A stretch of 64,000 bases of DNA, from positions 1 through 64,000 of IMG/VR virus record IMGVR_UViG_3300032088_001800, one strand, 5' to 3'. Made by a program: the position numbers and the translations under genes. Shown piece by piece: positions 59,264 through 64,000 of this stretch; the stretch's first letter is position 1; every line of letters begins with the position of its first letter. The notes beneath the pieces were generated by a model. It was not told where the DNA came from and did not search any database. It saw nothing but the letters and a program-made list of their open reading frames with translations. Origin of the DNA: an uncultured virus (IMG/VR IMGVR_UViG_3300032088_001800) (Duplodnaviria; Heunggongvirae; Uroviricota; Caudoviricetes).

Positions 59264-62200
59264 TTGGCTGAACAAACTGTAGAAATTGAAAACGTAGGCG
59301 GTGCTGGCGTTGCAAGCGAAGTTACTCTTGAAAGAGTAGCCAAAGCTGTGGAGAAAATGGCCGGAATCAAGAGCAAAGGCCAGGCAGCTGAAAACAAACT
59401 ACGTGAATTACATAACAAAGCACAACAAAGTGGTGTTAAAGTTGTTAAAGATAGCACAAAGGCATTAGATCAAAACACAGATGCAGTTGATGCTTCAACT
59501 AGTGCATTTAATAATGCTGCTAAAGGTGCATTAGGACTTGCAGCTAAAGGTTTTGGTACATTATTAGGTAGTGCAACAGGATTAGCTAAAGAACTTGTAG
59601 TAGGCGGCAACCGAGTAACAGATTTTGCTCAACATATTCCTTTAGTAGGCAGTCATTTAGCAATACTTACAGGATTTATGGATAATACTGTAGATCAATT
59701 TAGAAGTTTAACTGCTGTAGGTGTTGATTTCGGCGGAAGTTTGTTTGAAGTACAAAATATGGCTGCAAAAAGCGGACTAAGTTTAGAAACGTTTTCTTCT
59801 ACAATTCGAAATAATAGTCAAGATTTGGCGTTATTTGCAGGCGGCGCAAGAGAAGGTGCAAAACGCTTTACACAAATTAGTGGACAACTACAAAAACAAT
59901 TTGGACCACAGTTTAGTGCATTAGGTTTAACTATGGAAGAAACAGCAGAGTATACTGCTGACTATATTAAATTACAAACTAGACTTGGCCGAAGTCAGCA
60001 AATGAGTGATACTCAGATTGCTCAAGGTACAGCGGCATATACCATGCAATTAGATAGACTTGCTAAAATTACAGGTAAACAACGAGATGAAATTGCTGCT
60101 GGACTAGAAAAAGAAAGTCTTGATGCACGAATGAAAGCAGTAATGGCTACAATGGACGATACTGCTAGAGCAAATCTTACAGGTGTAACACAAATACTTG
60201 AAGCAGCAAGTCCGCAAGCAGCAGAAGCTGTTAGAGAGATGGTTGCAACTGGCGGCGTTCCTATAAGCGACTTTGGTAAGGACTTAGTACGTTTAAATCC
60301 TAACTTAGCTGCTATGTCAAGAGGACTTAGAGACGGTACAGTAACACAAGATGAATATCTAGCAGAAGTTAGAAAAACTGCTGAGATGGCAAACAATCTT
60401 ACAGACGAACAAAAGAAACAGTTTGCAACAATGTCCGGCTTAGGTAGTGCAGTTGGTAGTGCAGCAATTGAATTTATGGGTTTACAAAATGTAGGAGCAG
60501 GTTCTACAGATGCACTAATTGCACAACAAAAAGCTGCAGAAAGAGGTTCAGCAGGACTTCTTGATTTTGAAAGACGAATTACACAAGCAAGAAATATTAT
60601 CATAGGTGCATTAATAGATAGTAAAGTCTTTGAGTCACTAGAATCTGTTATGGCAGATATTATAAACTACTTTACAAGTGAAGACGGCATTGCAAAAATG
60701 AAAGAATCTGTTGAAAAGATCTCAGCAGGAATAAAAGACTTTCTAGCTATAGTACAAGAAAAAGGATTGTTTGGAGCAATAGGCGAAAAAATAGGAGATG
60801 CATTAAAGGCAGCTCTTACTAGTCCAGCAGTACTTACAGCAGTAGGCGGAGCATTTGCATTACTATTAGGCGGCGCAGCAATTAAAAGTGCAGTTACTGG
60901 AGCAATAGGCGGATTGTTCAGTGGCGGTGGCAGCGGTGGCGGCGGTGGCGGCGGCAAAGGTCGAGGCCGAGGCGGCGGCGTTGGTAAAGGTGCAGGATCA
61001 GCAATTGGAAACTTTGTTGGATCAATGGGCGCCGGTGTAATGAAAGGTGCTGCTACAGGACTAGCAGCATTTGCTAATCCACAAATATTAGTTGGTGCTG
61101 GTATACTTGGCGGTGCAATTACTGCTGTTGGTGCAGGTATAGCAGGTGCAGCATGGTTGTTAGGTAAATCATTACCTACGTTTGTTGATGGATTAAAATC
61201 ATTTGAAGAAATAGACGGTACAGCATTATCAACAGCAGCAACTGGTATGCTAGACCTAAGTCTTGGAATGGCAGCGTTTGGTGCTGGAACAGCAGTAGCC
61301 GGACTTGGAACAATGGTAGGCGGTATTACTGAAGGCATAGGAAAACTATTTGGTGCTGATGATCCGTTAACTAAACTAAAAACATTTAGTGACACAAAAA
61401 TAGATGCAGCACAAGTAAAGTCTAATGCAGAAGCAATGAAAGACTTTAGTGATGCAATGGGTGCAGCAGCAAGCGCACCAGGTGAGTCAATAACAAAAGC
61501 AATAGGTAGTTCAATTGCAGGATTCTTTGGAGCTGAAGGCGGTATACCTTATGACCAAATAAAAGAATTTGAAAAACATAGCTTTGACGCAGCAAAAATA
61601 AAATTAAATTCAGAAGCACTAGTTGCGTTTACAGATGCTTTAGCAGCTTCTAAAAAAGGAGAAGCTGTTGCAGGCGCAGGCGCAGCAGTTGGAGCAATTG
61701 GTAATGCAATTGCAGGATTCTTCGGCGGCGAAAGTGGTATACCGTATGATCAAATAGCAGAATTTGAAACACATACTTTTGATACAGTAAAAATAAAGGC
61801 AAATGCCGAAGCAATGGTAGCATTCAACGAAGCTCTAACTTCTAGTGCAAGTGCAAGCCAAGAAAGCGGCGTAAAAAGTGCTGTAGGAGCAATTGGTAGT
61901 GCTATTGCAAGTTTCTTTGGCGGATCAACGCCATTTGAAAAAGTAAAAGAATTTGGTGACTTAGCAATAAACGCTGCTGGCGTAGAAACTAATGCATCAG
62001 CAATGGGAGCTTTTGCTACAGCAATGTCAGCATTTTCTGGTTCTGGCATTGAAAATGTTTCTATTCCTAAAGCACTAGTTGATCGAATGGAAGATATGGC
62101 AGCAATTACAGGAACTGGATTTACAACTACAGCAGAAGGCTTAACAGCATTAACCGCAGTACCTGGACTAGCAGCTACAATAACATCACTTAATTCACTT

Positions 62201-62500
62201 GACGCAACTGACGTTCTAACGTATAATGAAGCTATGAAAGATTTAGTTGAAGTATTAGGAGAATTAAATACCGAACTTGCTAAAGATAATCAAATTGGTT
62301 TTGGTACTGGAACTAATGCAGGTGATGTTGTTAGTAAATTAGATTCAATTGGCGGATCCAGCTCAGGAAGCAATCAAGCACTGAATCAGTTAAATAGTAC
62401 TATGCAGCAAGTATTAACAGTATTAGAAGAAACATACGTATTAGAAGAAAAACAAAATACAAATATCAAAGGACTAAACGGAAATTTAATCCGAGGTTAA
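59264..62500 (+). CDS. Tape-measure-like tail protein
   Basis: 1078 aa, Ala/Gly-rich helical, hydrophobic central segments, ~60-aa internal repeats; lies between the chaperone pair and the portal. Confidence 0.7.
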   Translation: MAEQTVEIENVGGAGVASEVTLERVAKAVEKMAGIKSKGQAAENKLRELHNKAQQSGVKVVKDSTKALDQNTDAVDASTSAFNNAAKGALGLAAKGFGTLLGSATGLAKELVVGGNRVTDFAQHIPLVGSHLAILTGFMDNTVDQFRSLTAVGVDFGGSLFEVQNMAAKSGLSLETFSSTIRNNSQDLALFAGGAREGAKRFTQISGQLQKQFGPQFSALGLTMEETAEYTADYIKLQTRLGRSQQMSDTQIAQGTAAYTMQLDRLAKITGKQRDEIAAGLEKESLDARMKAVMATMDDTARANLTGVTQILEAASPQAAEAVREMVATGGVPISDFGKDLVRLNPNLAAMSRGLRDGTVTQDEYLAEVRKTAEMANNLTDEQKKQFATMSGLGSAVGSAAIEFMGLQNVGAGSTDALIAQQKAAERGSAGLLDFERRITQARNIIIGALIDSKVFESLESVMADIINYFTSEDGIAKMKESVEKISAGIKDFLAIVQEKGLFGAIGEKIGDALKAALTSPAVLTAVGGAFALLLGGAAIKSAVTGAIGGLFSGGGSGGGGGGGKGRGRGGGVGKGAGSAIGNFVGSMGAGVMKGAATGLAAFANPQILVGAGILGGAITAVGAGIAGAAWLLGKSLPTFVDGLKSFEEIDGTALSTAATGMLDLSLGMAAFGAGTAVAGLGTMVGGITEGIGKLFGADDPLTKLKTFSDTKIDAAQVKSNAEAMKDFSDAMGAAASAPGESITKAIGSSIAGFFGAEGGIPYDQIKEFEKHSFDAAKIKLNSEALVAFTDALAASKKGEAVAGAGAAVGAIGNAIAGFFGGESGIPYDQIAEFETHTFDTVKIKANAEAMVAFNEALTSSASASQESGVKSAVGAIGSAIASFFGGSTPFEKVKEFGDLAINAAGVETNASAMGAFATAMSAFSGSGIENVSIPKALVDRMEDMAAITGTGFTTTAEGLTALTAVPGLAATITSLNSLDATDVLTYNEAMKDLVEVLGELNTELAKDNQIGFGTGTNAGDVVSKLDSIGGSSSGSNQALNQLNSTMQQVLTVLEETYVLEEKQNTNIKGLNGNLIRG

Positions 62501-62511
62501 TGGAGTCATAA

Positions 62512-64000
62512 ATGAGTTGGAAAAAACATTTTACACCTGTCGCAACTGGTGACAATATGGGAGGCAGTTATAGTCCTCTCGGAGGTGCGTCCAACGGAAG
62601 CAATCCAGGTCCTGCACGTACTAACTATTCAAGTTACTTACCAGATGTATATGTAGGAACTCCAAACAGAGTTGAACGTTATGGTCAGTACAACACAATG
62701 GATCAAGATTCAGAAGTTAATGCTGCACTAGATATTCTTGCAGAATTTTGTACCCAAGAGAATAAACAAAACAAAACTCCATTTATAATGGACTTCAAAC
62801 AACAAGCTACTAATTCAGAAGTTACTATTATACAACAGTACTTGCTTCAATGGTGCAAGCTACAAAACTTTGATACTAAGATGTTCCGTACAATGAGAAA
62901 TATTTTTAAGTACGGAGATGCATTTTTTATTAGAGACCCAGAAACCAAACGTTGGTTCTATGTTGATCCTGCTAACGTAACAAAAATTATTGTAAATGAA
63001 TCAGAAGGCAAAGAACCTGAACAGTATGTTATTAAGAACTTTAATTTAAATTTTAAAGACGCAGTAGCAACAACTCCACACACTACAGGCGGAAACATAA
63101 GTGGCGGCGGAGCAGGTTCTTATCACCCGCAAGGCAATGCTAGAGGAATGGTAGGTCAACCGCAATCAAGTTTTACTGCAAGTAGATTTACAGAAGAAGA
63201 CGGCGAAATAACTGTTGATGCAAAACATATGGTTCATCTAAGTTTGTCAGAAGGTTTAGATCAAAACTTTCCTTTTGGTAACTCACTGCTTGAAACTATT
63301 TTTAAAGTATACAAACAAAAAGAATTACTTGAAGATGCTATTATTATCTATCGAGTACAACGTGCGCCAGAGCGCAGAGTATTCTACGTTGATGTGGGCA
63401 ACATGCCTTCACACCTTGCTATGCAGTTTGTGGAGCGTGTCAAAACGGAAATACATCAAAGACGTATCCCATCGGCGACAGGAGGCGGCACTAACGTCAT
63501 AGACAGTTCTTATAATCCTCTGTCAATTAACGAAGATTACTTTTTCCCACAAACTGCTGAAGGGCGTGGATCAAAAGTTGAAACACTACCAGGCGGTACT
63601 AACTTAGGAGAGATTGATGACCTTAGATATTTTACTAATAAGCTCGTACGCGGTTTACGAATCCCTAGTTCATACCTACCTACCGGCGCTGACGATTCAT
63701 CTGCGCAGTACAATGATGGACGAGTCGGTACTGCATACATACAAGAATTAAGATTTAATACTTACTGTGAACGTTTACAAAATCTTGTAGCTGAAGATTT
63801 TGATTTAGAATTTAAGCGTTACGTATTGGAAAAGGGTGTAAACATTGACACAGCAATGTTTGATCTAAGATTCCAACCACCGCAAAACTTTGCAGCATAT
63901 AGACAAAGTGAAATTGATAATGCACGTATTCCTACATTTACACAAATGAGTGCAATACCTTACGTTTCAAATAGATTTGCAATGAAACGTTTCTTAGGAA
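62512..64000 (+). CDS. gp20: Portal protein (T4 gp20-like), partial at window end
   Basis: Not in the ORF track; hand-translated from ATG 62512 (GGAG SD): MSWKKHFT...LLEDAIIIYRVQRAPERRVFYVDVGNMP...EDYFFP...VETLPGGTNLGEIDDLRYF. Confidence 0.92.
   Translation, partial: MSWKKHFTPVATGDNMGGSYSPLGGASNGSNPGPARTNYSSYLPDVYVGTPNRVERYGQYNTMDQDSEVNAALDILAEFCTQENKQNKTPFIMDFKQQATNSEVTIIQQYLLQWCKLQNFDTKMFRTMRNIFKYGDAFFIRDPETKRWFYVDPANVTKIIVNESEGKEPEQYVIKNFNLNFKDAVATTPHTTGGNISGGGAGSYHPQGNARGMVGQPQSSFTASRFTEEDGEITVDAKHMVHLSLSEGLDQNFPFGNSLLETIFKVYKQKELLEDAIIIYRVQRAPERRVFYVDVGNMPSHLAMQFVERVKTEIHQRRIPSATGGGTNVIDSSYNPLSINEDYFFPQTAEGRGSKVETLPGGTNLGEIDDLRYFTNKLVRGLRIPSSYLPTGADDSSAQYNDGRVGTAYIQELRFNTYCERLQNLVAEDFDLEFKRYVLEKGVNIDTAMFDLRFQPPQNFAAYRQSEIDNARIPTFTQMSAIPYVSNRFAMKRFLG

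Noticed and set aside
320..63740. Many 60-240 aa ORFs antisense to or nested in long genes (e.g. 18759..19217, 60022..60603, 60667..61395, 63275..63502)
   Set aside because: Shadows of codon bias in the real genes; no motifs, and fully overlapped by well-supported CDSs.
1..64000. Stop-codon recoding as seen in some large phages
   Set aside because: TAA, TAG and TGA all end genes at sensible junctions, and coding density is high under the standard code.
1..64000. CRISPR array, tRNA genes, DGR, integrase or IS elements
   Set aside because: No spaced direct-repeat array, cloverleaf, reverse transcriptase or transposase motifs seen.

Overview
AT-rich, gene-dense 64 kb segment of a large T4-superfamily myovirus, probably a jumbo phage; standard genetic code; host not identifiable from this window. 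Left to right: (1) 1-14151 (-), a tightly coupled 15-gene operon behind its own sigma70-type promoter, with five radical SAM enzymes, three glycosyltransferase-like, two GT10-like (TET/TEK) and two SGNH-like proteins. (2) 14215-50339 (-), a late tail/baseplate module: fibre paralogs, tail-collar fibre, a 5294-aa wedge protein, gp6, gp25, a gp5-like spike with a lysozyme-like domain, a hub protein with an M15 peptidase, gp53-like and gp48/54-like proteins. (3) 50425-55458 (+), gp55-like sigma factor, gp47/gp46 and a small GIY-YIG nuclease. (4) 55459-55966, the only long non-coding gap, holding a ~340-nt GC-enriched, multi-stem, probably pseudoknotted candidate ncRNA and then an AT-rich hairpin cluster. 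(5) Two putative internal head proteins, a gp26-like chaperone pair with a clear -1 frameshift signal, a tape-measure-like protein and the 5' part of the gp20 portal. Best candidates for new biology: the GIY-YIG-linked structured RNA, the chaperone frameshift and the radical SAM/glycosyltransferase operon. All calls come from reading motifs by eye; no database search was run.
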